This document shows positions 1-12,823 of a stretch of DNA of 64,000 bases, in pieces. Below the pieces are notes generated by a model. That model had not been told where the DNA came from. It saw only the letters and a list, made by a program, of their open reading frames with translations, and ran no database searches. Both the position numbers and the translations under genes were made by a program. The DNA comes from Nemertoderma westbladi (taxonomy: Eukaryota; Animalia; Xenacoelomorpha), in the NCBI GenBank assembly GCA_032718475.1, contig JAUCBJ010000341.1:1-64000 (forward strand), read 5' to 3'. Position 1 is the first letter of the stretch. Every line of letters starts with the position of its first letter.

Positions 1-817
1 ACCGTTTTAAGTCAGATTGCGGCCGGTGGGTGCTGCAACCTCCTGTAGGCTCTGCGAGAGTTCACAGCACTGGGAAACTTGTCCGATCTCGAGAATTAGC
101 CCACTCGAACCGAATTTATGGGTGGCCAACGAACACGGGACAACCTCCAGGCGCAAGTCAAAGCAATCCCGAGGTTGTTCTATTATATTTCACAATTACA
201 CCGATTCATTCGCAAAACAAACCAATATCTGCCAACTTTCCTAGCGGTGTTCATGTCACTCATAATAATTTATTAGGATGTTATTGAGGCGCTGGCTTTC
301 TATCTCCGTTATATTTTCGCTATGTCCACGCGTATTTGGCGCGGGTGTGTGAACAGGATGAAATGAATGGTGCGAATGTGGGAGAGTGTGAGGGAGAGGT
401 TTGAGTATATGAACTCATAATAGCGGGCGCTAATTACCTTACTAATGGGGCATCTCACTGCCCCACGCAATTACTATCATACTAGCTAATGTAAATAACT
501 CAATCTCTTTGTCTGAGTTCGCTTGCTGCTACTATAGTTGTATGTATCAACTCATTGCTGACCATTGTGCGAGTAGAATTACATTATTAATAATTTTCTA
601 CTCTCTAGTTAATTCTTACTCATTTGCAATTCGCAGGTGGCACCGCGATAATAATAACCACAGATGCAATAGATCTATAGGGTACTAATATTATAAATAA
701 ACAAAATATAATTTTAGAAAGCCTATAATATAATATAATATTAACTATTATGCCTTATTCCACCTTGTTGTTTTTATATTTCTACTTCTTGTTTATTTCT
801 ACTTTCCTATTTTACAG

Positions 818-3800
818 ACGGTCTTCTTGGAATTCGATATTTAAATTTAAAACTTTGGGCCGACCTAGCGGCTCGAAAAACTCGTTGTTGAAGAAAGAAA
901 CGGAAAGGCGTGGATCGACCAACTCCTTACTGAGACGGAGGAGTTCTCGGGATATCGACGGTAGGTAGTCAACTGAAACTGAAAGTAAAATAAATATGTA
1001 GTTTGTGGGTTCTAGATGGTAGGTCGTTAACTGAAACTGAAAGTAAAATAAATATGTAGTTTGTGGGTTCTAGATGGTAGGTCGTTAACTGAAACTGAAA
1101 GTAAAATAAATATGTAGTTCGTGGGTTCTAGATGGTAGGTCGTTAACTGAAACTGAAAGTAAAATAAATATGTAGTTCGTGGGTTCTGGATGGTAGGTCG
1201 TTAACTGAAACTGAAAGTAAAATAAATATGTAGTTCGTGGGTTCTGGATGGTAGGTCGTTAACTGAAACTGAAAGTATATAAATGTATTGTTCGTGGGAT
1301 ATCGACTTTAGGTCGTCAACTGAAATAATGTAATTCGAATATTTATTAACTTTAATATTTATTATTTTAAATAATTATTTTCTGTTTTATATTGCTACAG
1401 CATAACATATCTTTCACATTCTGTATCGTTTAATAATTGTTGTCTTTATTGTATTTTGTAATTTTGTTTTCGCTATCTGTAACTTGGCATTATCAGTAAG
1501 TCGACTTAAACCATCAGGGAACCCGCCTTACTTTGTCAGCGAGGTCACTTCCCAGACAGTAGACGCCGGTACAACGGCTGTGCTTTGCGCTCGGTGTTAT
1601 GCGCAGCCCATGCCAATAACGGTATGGATAGACCATAAAGGCAAACCTATTGTGTGCGGCCAGCGCCATCGTGTGGTCATAGCGGGAGCTGGGGAATCGA
1701 TTCTTATGATCAGTGATTGCCGCCCCAAGGATACCGGCTATTACAGCTGTTTAGTAACCAATGAAAACGGCTCGTGTGTTTCAGCAGCTTGGTTGTTAAT
1801 TACAGGTTTGGTCGCCACCTAGCGGCTGTCTGTTATACGTTGTTTAGTTTGTTAGTAAGTAGATGACCATTTCTTATACAGTAGCCTGATTGGTAGTTGC
1901 AGGCGAAGGCGCCACCTTGAGGCTCTTTCTGTAGACTGCTTCTGTTTAGTAATTTGCTTAGTAACCAATTAAATTATTGTTCCTGTGTTTTAGTAGTGTA
2001 GTAGTGTTGGTATTGAGAAGTTGTTGGAGCCTTATCCAAGGTTGTTTCTGTTTAATAATTTGCCTAGTAACCAATGAAACGCCCCTAGTTCTCTAGTAGA
2101 GCCTCTTACCAATGTAGTTTTTTTTTACTAACCAATGAGAATGGTTCCTGCTATTGTTACTGTACACAGTTATATTCATATCTGAATAATATATTTCACT
2201 GCGCATTAAACTAACATTTAGCCCAACATTTAGTTCACTTTGTAAATAACAATTCACCAAATTTCTCAGCAAACTAGTCATTTTCTAAACCAAACCATAC
2301 TTAAATACTCTCCCTTTTCATCAGCTATCGCCCCAGGCTCCACTACTCGACGTATTATGTTTTATTATACATTATCAGTTCTTATTTATTAATTAATAAT
2401 GATCTCTAGGTGTACCACGCTGTACACTGCAGGCTACAACTAATGCAGTGCAGTTCACCTGAATAGTGCGGTACAGGTACACCTAGACTAGAGCGGTACA
2501 GGTACACCTCGACTACTGCAGTACAGGGTACCTACACTAGTGCTGTGCAGGTACACCACGACTAGTGGACTAGTGCAGTACAGGGCACCTAGACTTGTGC
2601 GGTTCAGGTACACCTAGACTAGAGCAGTACATGTGCACCTAGACTAGTGCAGTACAGGTACACCAAGACTAATGCAGTACAGGGGTACCTAGACTAGAGC
2701 GGTATAGGTACACCTCAACTACTGCAGTACAGAGCATCTAGACTAGAGCGGTATAGGTACACCTCGACTACTGCAGTACAGGGCACCTAGACTAGTGCAG
2801 TACAGGTACAACTAGACTAGTGCAGTACCGGTACCAGTGCACCTGGACTAGTGCGGTACAGGGTACGAGGTACAACTAGACTAGTGCAGTACAGGTACCA
2901 GTGCACCTGGACTAGTGCGGTACAGGGTACGAGGTACAACTAGACTAGTGCAGTACAGTGTACACCTAGACTAGTGCAGTACGGGTACAACTAGACTAGT
3001 GCAGTACCGGTACCAGTGCACCTGGGCTAGTGCGGTACAGGGTACGAGGTACAACTAGACTAGTGCAGTACAGGTACACCTAGACTAGTACAGTACCGGT
3101 ACAACTAGACTAGTGCAGTACCGGTACAACTAGACTAGCGCAGTACCGGTACAACTAGACTACTTCAGTACAGGTACACATAAACCAGTGCAGTACCTGT
3201 ACACCTAGACTAGTGCAGTACCGGTACAACTAGACTAGAACAATACCGGTGCACCTGGACTAGTGCGGTACAGGGTACGAGGTATGACTAGACTAGTGCA
3301 GCACCGGTACATCTAGGCTAGTGCAGAGAGGTAGATCTAAACTAGTGCAGTAGCGGTACAAACTAGATTAGTTCAGTACCGGTACACCTCGACTAGTGCA
3401 GTAACGGTACATCACATCTAGACTAGTGTAGTACCGGTATACATACCTAGACTAGTACAGTACAGGTGCAACTAGACTAGTGCAGTACAGGTACACCTTG
3501 GCTAGTGCAGTACCGGTACACCTAGACTAGTCCAGTACCGGTACACCTAGACCAGTGCAGTATCGGTACACCTAGACCAGTGCAGTACCGGTACACCTAG
3601 ACCAGTGCAGTGGTACACCTACACTAGTGCAGACCGGTAAACCTAGCAGTACCGGTGTAACAGCGGATTCTGTCCCCCCGCGGATATGGTCCGGGGGGAC
3701 CGAATCCGCTAGCGGATTGAGTCCGGGGGGACCGAATCCGCTAGCGGATTCTGTCCCCCCTCCGCAGATTGAGTCCCCCCCTTAAATTATAATTTTACAG

Positions 3801-6800
3801 TACAGTCAGACAGTGCTGAGTGCAGCAGTACTGGTACGGACATAGCAACGTAGGCGTAGCTTATGCATTAAATTATCGGTCAGACCTGCAGACTGATTAA
3901 AATTCAACATTATAGATTCATTATGGATGAGGGATGATTACATGATGAGGAGGAAGATACTGTACTGTCCCTATTACAGTAATAAACATACTGTAGTTCG
4001 AGTTGTCAGGCCTCATTACCTAGGCCTAATATATGTACTGATAGTATTTTCGGGGTGGGGGGGGGGGGGGGGGGGGGGGTGGTATATTCAGTTCAACTGT
4101 TACACCTAAACCCAACTGAGTAACAGTTATTCATATTCATTCATATTATTAGTTTGCAGGTGGGGAGGATATATTTTCTAATAATAAAAAGGCTAAAACA
4201 ATATAACCTCATTACAATAAATTTATCGTACTACGAAATTGGGGAGGAGCAGGTTACACAGACAAGGTTTTCAAACCAGAACAATAAACGATACATACTG
4301 AATAACCGGTCTGCCAGTACTGTAACCATTGACAATAAGGAAGGGAACGGAGCAGTCTGGCAGTGTATTTTGAATTTATTGCAATAACATTGGGGGGACC
4401 AAATCCGCGAACGAGGACCCAATCCGCTAGCAGATTTGGTCCTAGGGAGACCAAATCTGCTAGCGGATTGGGTCCGGGGGACTAAATCCGCTAGCAGATC
4501 CGGTCCGGGGGGACCGATTCTTCGGGGGACTGAATCCGCTGTTACACCGGTACACCTAGACCAGTGCAGTACCGGTACATCTAGACCAGTGCAGTACAGG
4601 TTTAACTAGACTAGTGCAGTACAGGTACACCTTGGCTAGTGCAGTACCGGTACACCTAGACTAGTGCAGTACCGGTACACCTAGACTAGTGCAGAACCGG
4701 TACATCTAGACTAGTGCAGTACCGGTATACATACCTAGACTAGTGCAGTACAGGTGCAACTAGACTAGTGCAGTACAGGTACACCTTGGCTAGTGCAGTA
4801 CCGGTACACCTAGACTAGTGCAGTACCAGTACACCTAGACCAGTGCAGTACCGGTACACCTAGACCAGTGCAGTACTGGTACACCTAGACCATAGTGCAG
4901 TACCGGTACACCTAGACCAGTGCAGTACCGGTACACCTAGACTAGTGCAGTACAGCCGTTGACGTTGTTTTTCGCTTTGTTTTCAGGTCGATCTTCGGAA
5001 CCCGGTAAACCTGATATTGTTAAGAAGTTGGGCGCCTCCGTGTGGCTGAATTGGGAACCTCCGAAATCGGCGGGTAACAGCGACTCCCCATTAGTCTACA
5101 CAGTTGAATCGCAGGATATGAATTACAGCGACAAATGGGAGACCGTAGTCGCATTCAACAGGTCCGTGATTACTTGGCTTTATATAGTAGGCCTATATTA
5201 CATTATTAGTTTTATTTTTTATTATTTATTAAAAATTATGAATATTATTTTTACTGTTACTGTACAGTAAATTGTCTCAATTTATCACTGCATTTAGTCT
5301 CGTATTTGTCTTTATAAATATATTGTAAATGCTTTTGCTGACATAACAAGTCATTTTCCCGCAATGCGCAGTGTAGGTGCTTTTGCGGACATAACAAGTC
5401 ATTTTTCCGCAATGCGCAGAATACTCTAAAATATCCCTAAACTTATCCAAATACGTGAGGGGGAGGAATCGGAGCCCAGATGACGAAATCTATCAGCTGA
5501 TTCTTTGTGGACGTGGAACTTCTTTGTTCTGCTCAGCCAATCAGAGCGATTTTCACTTTATGTCTGACAGAGGCCTATGGAAACCCGCGCAATGCATTGC
5601 GGTCTTTGTTTACCTTTATGAGCCTCGGAACCGGCTTGGAATTCTTCTCTGCTTCTGTGTGGAAGTTTCAGACTTTGGCCTAAACATCAGATGGCTTTGA
5701 TTATAGGAACGTAAATCTATTATCCGACACCTACCAACCTATCTCATTACTGAACCCAATGCATTACGTAACACATACTGACTGTTCACCGCATTATTTT
5801 ACTTCTGTTTACGGTCTGTTATTAATTGTTGTTATATTGATGTATATTGCTGATATATTTGGAGAATACCGATAAATAATCATAAAACCCCCAATCTTCT
5901 TGATTACTGAAGGTAAGAGGAACAGGTTACCGGTAGCAACTGCGATTTAAATTATAGTGGTTTTTGTGTGAATTAAATGCTATTTCATAATCTCTACAAG
6001 TGTCAGTTGCGATCTTCCTTATATATGATCAAATTCAGTGACGGTCGGCAGATTAGTGCGCAGTAGTGTGAAGTAGTGTGAAGTCGTGTGAAGTAGTGTG
6101 AAGGATAATAAAGCATCTCCTAAAGAATGCGCTATTTACGAAACTCAGTAGCCATATCTAGTTGTGATTAGTATAAGTCATAACTCTGTTTATATACTTA
6201 AAGCGCCACGTCCTAAAAGGAACTGTTAATATTTCCCCGAAAGTAAATATATTGTCAGAGATTATATAGTAACGATCAATCGAATAATATAGTGTGTCTA
6301 CATTGCAATAAATCTCAAGGCTCCCGAATCCAGTCTCCCTTAACTGTGGGTGAATGATCGCGCACAGACTGGCTTCGGCTGATGTAACTTCAGTACATTA
6401 AATAATTGATATAGGCTAAAGTCGATTTATAAACAAGAGGACAACTAAAATTGGCAGGTTAAACTGCTAAAGGTCTAAAAGCGCGAACATATATTATGTT
6501 TTATTTGCAGTGGTACGACTTGTGGTATAGAAGATTTGAATCCAGGTTCCTCATATATATTCCGTGTGAGCGCTCACAACGAGGCCGGGTTGAGTCCATC
6601 TAGCGAACCATCGGACCCGGTCACTATAGCAACCGACATAGTCAGTGAGTATCTTCGTTACTTTATTAACTGACATAGCTAGTGAGTACCTCGTTACTAT
6701 AGCAACCGACACAGTCAGTGAGTACTTCGTTACTATATCAAGTGACTCATTCGCAATGACAATACGTACTCACACAATAATTTATTAAACTGTAATACTT

Positions 6801-9800
6801 GCATTTTTTCAGTAATTTATTGTGCTTTCAGATTACTCACCCCGTTCCCCTTCCGCCATTCAAATTAAATGGAATAAAAACTTCGATTTACATTATACGA
6901 CTCTACAAGAGATCGATAGGGGGCGTTTCGCAACAGTTTCTAATTGCATCTGCAAAATGAATCAACAAGAGGTTGGAATATTATTTATTATGTGGGCCGT
7001 AAAAGTGCAACTGAAAGTTTGGCTAATAATGCTAAAAGTGCTAAATAAAATAAAAAGTTGATGAATTTACAGTCGTAAACAGTATTCAGAGACAGAGGCA
7101 CAAAAAATTCAAAAAACCCCATTTAATTGTATTGCAGGTTATATTTTTATTTTGAGGTCCTTTTTATTTATTAAGTCAATAATTAACAAACTGTTTAAAT
7201 GAATATTTCAAACGTTCCCAGGTTGTATGTAAAGCCATATCGAAGGTTCACACCAAGAAGGATGCCGTTATGAATGAGGTGTCTATACTCCAAGCCCTCA
7301 ACGAAGACATGTTCCCCAGATTGGTTGCCTTATATGAGACGGAGAAATGCTACTTAGTCGTCCAAGAAAAGTTAGTTTTTGAAATCTACCGTAAAATATA
7401 TTTTACATTTTTGTTTTTATGTATGATTAACTACCGGTAGTAGGTAGATACTATAGGCTGCTAGGTACCGGTACTGTATGGTGCTTTAGGTATAGGCCTA
7501 TAATATAGTGGTTTATCAGTGATTCACAGATAATGGTTTGCGTTGCCACGGCAATGTAATGTTACTTTACGGAGAGGAGCATACTGCACTGCACTCAATA
7601 TATCATCACAGACAGACTAAATCTAATATTTATTTATGTATTTATAGGATTCAAGGTTTCAGACTGGCTAATTATATTACCCGTTACCACACCCTCACAT
7701 ACACAGAGGAGTTGGCAATGCAACTTATTGAGCAAATTTTATTCGCCCTGGAGTTTTTACACAAGAACAATATTGGACACTTAGACCTCAAGGTTAGTTG
7801 GGCAAATAACAGAATTAGCGGTGGAGACATGGATACTATTGTAGCGGGGGTTAGGTGGAGACATGGATACTATTATAATCGGGGTTAGCTGGAGACATGG
7901 ATACTATTATAATCTGCCTCCTGCATTGAAACTGCACATTGACTGCACTATTCTGGCTTACAAAAATATTTTTGCCGCCACCAAGCAATCCACATTTGCC
8001 ATGCCGCCAATACAAAAAAGAATAAATGAAATCATGAATGCTATGCCGGCTTATTGACAAAATTGTGCCGCCACAACTCCCTATCAACCATGACATTTGC
8101 TAGATCATCCGCATCTTCAAGGCCAGTGTCCTTTAAGATGCGTCTCAAGAAAGTCAAGGGCTGTCCGCCAAGATTATTTTCACCATGGGATGCCAAAGCA
8201 CGTGTACAGGCTGGTTCTCTAGGAGGTGCCTACGGCGAAAGCAATGTTCTGCTTTTGCAAAGCGGTTGTTTAAGTATAAAGCTTGGGGGAACCATTAAGA
8301 CACCTAGCCAATGTTATATAGTGTCTGGTTGGAGATGTGTACATTGTATTTGACACACTGAACCCGGCGTAGCATTCTTGTGAATGTTCCATCCAGAGAT
8401 TTGGTGTCCTCAGCAGTTAGAGCCCAGCATGGACTCCCGTAGAGGAGTACTGGAACTACTGCTGCTCTAAATAATCGGACCTTAAGTTTCCGATTAATTC
8501 TAGGTGACTTCCTAATCCTGGAAAGCCTATTCAAGGCTGCCATTCCCTTACGTATTCGAAGGTCCTCACCTGACTTACGGATCCATGATCCCAGGTAACA
8601 GAAGTCGTCCACATGCTCAAGCATACCATCCTTTGAGATTATGGTCATACGATCAGACATTTCCTGAGGACTTTCAAAGTTAAATGTCAAAATTGGGACA
8701 TGGATAAGTAGGTCGAGAAGAGTTTAAAATTATATTAAAAAGAGTTTAAAATTTAACGTTTTAGGAAATTATTTATTTTTATTTTCAGCCGGAAAATGTG
8801 TTAGTGGAAAACGCTTCGCAAGCAAATGTAAAACTCGTTGATTTCGGCGATTCCATGTACATAGGGCTACCAAATTCCAAAAATCAAATTAAACAGCTGA
8901 TTGGTCATCCTGAGTTTTCTCCTCCGGAAATTGTCAAGGGCCAACCAATCACTTTGAATTCTGATATGTGGTGAGTAGAACTCTTTAATTTTATCATATA
9001 ACATTCTGAGAAATGGTGGTGTTGGGGGAAAATAAATGCCCCCTCCCCCATCTGCATTCTTTATCAGATGATACAGTACTGTTACCCATCTGAATAGTAA
9101 TAATAATAAATACATAAAACTGTATTTATTAATTATTGGTGTTTAGCGCGGAAAATTCCCTCTATTTCGGGATCTTGGTCTCGTAGTCACAGAAGAACCC
9201 GTATTATTATCGTATAGCGGATGTGTCTGATTTTCTATTGATATATTTCCTTGTTTTCATCTTTCAGGTCTCTCGGGGTTCTCATTTACGTGATTCTCAG
9301 CGGTGTCAGCCCATTCCTCGACGAATCCCTCGAAGAAACCCGTCTCCATATCGTTATGGTCGACTACAGCTACCCAGAGGAATATTTCCATCACGTGACC
9401 AACCAGGCACGATCCTTCATTAGTCAGCTGTTGCTAAGGGACACGAGTAAACGCCTGTCCTCTAGCGAGGCCCTTAATCACCCCTGGATACGCTATTCTA
9501 AACCTTCTCATAAACTCTTAAATACAGAGAGACTGGCTGGCTTTATTGAGAGAAGAATGCATACGGTACGTTGTGTTGGTACGGTTGACTGAAGTGTTAC
9601 CTTGGTTATTGTCCAGATAATCATAACAAATTGTATCAGTATCCGATTTCGAATCTAATATATCCAATTCCGCTTAAATACTAATGATGGGCCTTCGGTC
9701 ACGTTTTAGAATGATCTTCACGTGTGATAAATGTTAAGCGACGCATTGTACGTCATGTGTTGCAATAAATATATCATGTCTCACAATGGCCTTGACTTGT

Positions 9801-9968
9801 CACAGTGTATGTTAGGTGTGTCAAAATACGGATCAAGTATCATTATGTCCGTTAAGTGTCACATTGATGCAGTGTTTCATCGTTTCTATTATCGTTTGCA
9901 TTTTAAATTTTAAATATTTTATTTCGCAGCAAAGTGATTTGACAGCTATGCCACCGTTCGCCACATAA
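818..9968 (+). CDS. 3' part of a spliced Kalirin/Trio-like gene (Ig-FN3-Ser/Thr kinase). Exons: 818-960, 1497-1805, 4987-5161, 6511-6644, 6832-6971, 7222-7370, 7648-7792, 8789-8970, 9268-9565, 9930-9968 (stop)
   Basis: All introns are GT..AG with compatible phases. Ig I-set exon (DTGYYSC), FN3 (WEPP...YIFRVSAHN), kinase motifs GRGRF-like (DRGRF), VVCK, HLDLKPEN, DFG, GHPEFSPPE, DMWSLGV, SGVSPFLDES, and the Kalirin/Trio-type tail TERLAGFIERR. Ig+FN3+kinase is the Kalirin C-terminal architecture. Upstream exons lie outside the window. Confidence 0.88.
955..1325 (+). repeat. 58-bp minisatellite, ~6 copies, containing the splice donor
   Basis: GTAGGT recurs at 961, 1019, 1077 and onward (period 58). 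Confidence 0.9.
1497..1805 (+). CDS. Kalirin/Trio-like exon, Ig I-set domain
   Basis: AG at 1495-96, GT at 1806; PPYF...LCARCYAQPMPITVW...DTGYYSC. Confidence 0.9.
2410..4955. repeat. ~25-bp minisatellite (CCGGTACACCTAGACTAGTGCAGTA), interrupted by a MITE
   Basis: Dozens of variant units at ~2410-3655 and 4547-4955. Confidence 0.9.
3656..4546. mobile_element. Non-autonomous TIR element (MITE), Ginger1-like
   Basis: Termini TGTAACAGCGGATTC / GAATCCGCTGTTACA; subterminal GGGGGGACCGAATCCGCTAGC repeats; CCGG on both flanks (3652-55, 4547-50). Removing it restores a perfect satellite unit. Confidence 0.75.
5324..6489 (+). mobile_element. Solo LTR related to the Bel/Pao family, intronic
   Basis: TG...CA termini; TSD TATAT (5319-23, 6490-94); shares blocks AGCGCCACGTCCTAAA and GGCAGGTTAAACTGCTAAAGGTCT with the LTRs at 19083, 33658 and 50251. 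Confidence 0.88.
6511..6644 (+). CDS. Kalirin/Trio-like exon, second half of FN3 (not in ORF track)
   Basis: ttgcag acceptor, gtgagt donor; translates GTTCGIEDLNPGSSYIFRVSAHNEAGLSPSSEPSDPV. Confidence 0.88.
6620..6745 (+). repeat. ~37-bp tandem repeat (~3 copies) spanning an exon/intron junction
   Basis: ACTATAGCAACCGACATAGTCAGTGAGTA recurs with variants. Confidence 0.75.
7222..7370 (+). CDS. Kinase exon, subdomains II-V (not in ORF track)
   Basis: VVCKAISKVHTKKDAVMNEVSILQALNEDMFPRLVALYETEKCYLVVQE; phases match both neighbours. Confidence 0.88.
7904..8696 (-). mobile_element. 5'-truncated non-LTR retrotransposon (RTE-like), RT C-terminus and 3' UTR
   Basis: ORF 8304-8690: LEHVDDFCYLGSWI...KLKVRLFRAAVVPVLLYGS..W...MLRR...HISNQ.LY; possible TSD GACATGGATA at 7894-7903 and 8697-8706. 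Confidence 0.8.
8789..8970 (+). CDS. Kinase exon, subdomains VIb-IX (not in ORF track)
   Basis: PENVLV...VKLVDFGDS...GHPEFSPPE...SDMW; tttcag acceptor, gtgagt donor. Confidence 0.9.
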
Positions 9969-10322
9969 CACAGCGCCATTAAACGGCACCATCCGATACC
10001 CTCTACGTTGTTAATAAGTCATACAGTGCGCTTATTGGCTGACAAAGACTAATGATTCGAATACAACTGCTATTGGATGAAGTTAACGATGTGATAATGA
10101 GCTGGAAGCACATCGCATACATTCTTGCCATTCATCAACAACTAATTAATTAATTAATTATTTATTTTGACAATAATGCTTAAAAACTACTTAATTTACT
10201 GTCTTTATTACTCGTAATATCATTGTTGATGTTTGTTTTATATCATTTAATTTATACATTTATATACTTTACACTATTTCCGAGGTAGTATACAGTTAGG
10301 TAGTGTGGTGATGTATAATAGG

Positions 10323-10328
10323 AATAAA
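10323..10328 (+). promoter_or_regulatory. Candidate polyadenylation signal of the Kalirin/Trio-like gene
   Basis: AATAAA about 355 nt after the stop; not unique in this AT-rich UTR. Confidence 0.3.
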
Positions 10329-11729
10329 AATATCAGTATTCATAAACTGTTACTAAACTTAGTTCTAGCTTATTTGTAGCAGTGCCGGTACTTTAACTTA
10401 TGTTTATCAAAAAGCTTTCAGTTTCAACTTAAGGTCGGTAGCTATGCCCCGCATGTCTCTATGTTTACTGTTTTACTTGTACTGGTAGTCTACATTAAAA
10501 CCCATTAATTTTATTGGTCACTAAAAAAATTCCTGTTTTCCATTAAATTTGTTTCGTTATCAAATATATATTTCCTCCACTCAATAATTTAATTATCACT
10601 AAAATATATTTTCATCAAAAATAAATCTGTTACGGCCTGTTGTAATAAAATCCCTTCATTATTTAGGTTAGAATAACGTGGCACTGTAACCTGCCCTTGC
10701 CCACATTTTAGCAATAATTTATAATTAATAGATTTAATGTTAATTAATAGATTTTAGTGGAAACTGAATATTTTAGTGATTTCCTGTTAAAATTATAGTG
10801 AAAAATTATTATTTTTAGTCAGTTAGTAAGGCGATAAATCAATTGGCTACCATTATCGAATACCATTATTTACATTCGGTAATAGAGATGAAACTAATGA
10901 AGTGGGAACGCTACCGCTTTTTTATCTTGCGAAAGTTCGCGAATGGTAGAATTCTTTAGCGAAACACATTTTTCAACGGACGCGGACCATTCGGCAGCAA
11001 TCTCACCATTCAAGAATGTGAGCTGAAATTTGGAAATTTAAGTCGGATATATGTTTAAAAAACAACAAGCTTTATGTCGTTACATTTGACAGTTTCTCTG
11101 CAACAACACATTTGCAATGAACACAGAATGCTAGAAAAACAAGAGAGAGTACAGTATAATGTGGGCAGAGTCGTCAATAACATAATAACCATACTGTATG
11201 TATGAAGGCCAATATGCAATAAGTAAGCGGTCTTACCAACTTAGTCACATCGTCATGTGATTAGAAATGAAATTTAAGTTACAGCTAATACTAACTTAAG
11301 TAAGACTAAATTCTATGAATACGAGTTTAGCAACAACTAGTACTAAATACGGTAGTAATAAGTAGCACCAACTTCTCTGAATACCGAATTAGTACAAGCA
11401 CTTACTAACTTGATGTGACTAAGTTCCTAGTTAGTCACATTTATGAATCGCAATAATTTTTATTGTCCGTTTAAATCCTTTTTTGTCCTTTTTTTTTTAC
11501 TTTTTATGTCCTCCAAAAATCTAATGTTAGGTTCCATGCTACCGGTTTCTCTACTGCTGTTCTCTCAGGCTATCAGTACCGGTATTAGTATATATAGCAC
11601 TGTTTTGCTGTATTCTATGTACAGATGTAGGTATAAAGCATGCATTTCTGTATTTTAGTACCGGCACCGGCACCGGTACCTGTGTAGCCTACCATTTAAA
11701 TACGGTACTGGTAGGCCTACCGGCTGACC

Positions 11730-12340
11730 GGTTGTTTTGGATAGAAAATCCCGCCTCATCTGTAACCTGCTCCTTTGCCTGATTTGGTAAAGTGACCGTT
11801 TATTGTTTTGGTTAGAAAGGCCCGCCTCTGTAACCTACTCCTTTCCTACATTTTGTAAAGTGACTGTTTATTGTTTTGGTTAGAAAATCCCACCTCTGTA
11901 ACCTGCCCCTTTCCCTCAAATAATTAAGTGATCGTTTATTGTTTTGGTTAGGAAATCCTGCCTCTGTAACCTGCTCCTTTCTCTCAATTGGTAATGTTAT
12001 CGTTTATTGTTTTGGTTAGAAAATCCCGTCTCTGTAACCTGCTCCTTTCCCTGATTTGGTAAAGTGACTGTTTATTGTTTTGGTTAGAAAATCCTGCATC
12101 TGTAACCTGCTCCTTTCTCTCAATTGGTAATGTTATCGTTTATTGTTTTGGTCAGAAAATCCCGTCTCTGTAACCTGCTCCTTTCCCTCAATTAGTTAAA
12201 TGATCGTTTATTGTTTTGGTTAGAAAATCCCGCCTCTGTAACCTGCTCCTTTCCCTGATTTGATAAAGTGACTGTTTATTGTTTTGGTTAGAAAATCCGG
12301 CCTTAACCTGCTCCTTTCCATCAATTGGTAATTGTTTTTG
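11730..12340. repeat. 68-bp tandem repeat, ~9 copies, flanked by inverted low-complexity arms (~11455-11520 and ~12620-12730); probably a MITE core
   Basis: TGTAACCT recurs at 11761, 11829, 11897 and 11965. Confidence 0.85.
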
Positions 12341-12823
12341 GCTATAAAATGAGTGTTTTGCTACGTCATGTGGTAATCGATTATCGACAACAACCACAAA
12401 CTATTAAATTTACAGTCTTTTACCACAGGCGCATATGGAAATCTATCTCATAGTCTATAAATCATGGAATCATGGAATGTTTTGGCACAGGCATAGTGAA
12501 ACCAACTGTCCGACAGACCAGAAATCAACAAATTTTGAATGTTTTGCATAGGCATGTTGAAATCAACTGTCTGACAGTCCAGAAATCAGCAGTCTGACAG
12601 TTTGAAGAAATACATATATAAAAAGTCATTAAAAGGACAATAAAAGTCATTAAAAGGACAACAAAAGTCATTATGCACAATTCGTAAAAAAAGGAGGACA
12701 AAAAAAGTCAAATAAAAGGACATAAAAAATCACTGCCTTTATGAATACCGCCCCAGGTGACACCTTGATGGTAAGAGGTTGCTACGCCGGGCTCATGGCA
12801 TAAAATACAATGTGTTAGCTTAA

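Noticed and set aside
17-287. Short ORFs at the window start as extra exons
   Set aside because: No recognisable domain and no convincing splice pair.
2410-4955. CRISPR-like look of the 25-bp palindrome-rich array (also the 58- and 68-bp arrays)
   Set aside because: Head-to-tail units with no unique spacers, no cas genes, and a eukaryotic context.
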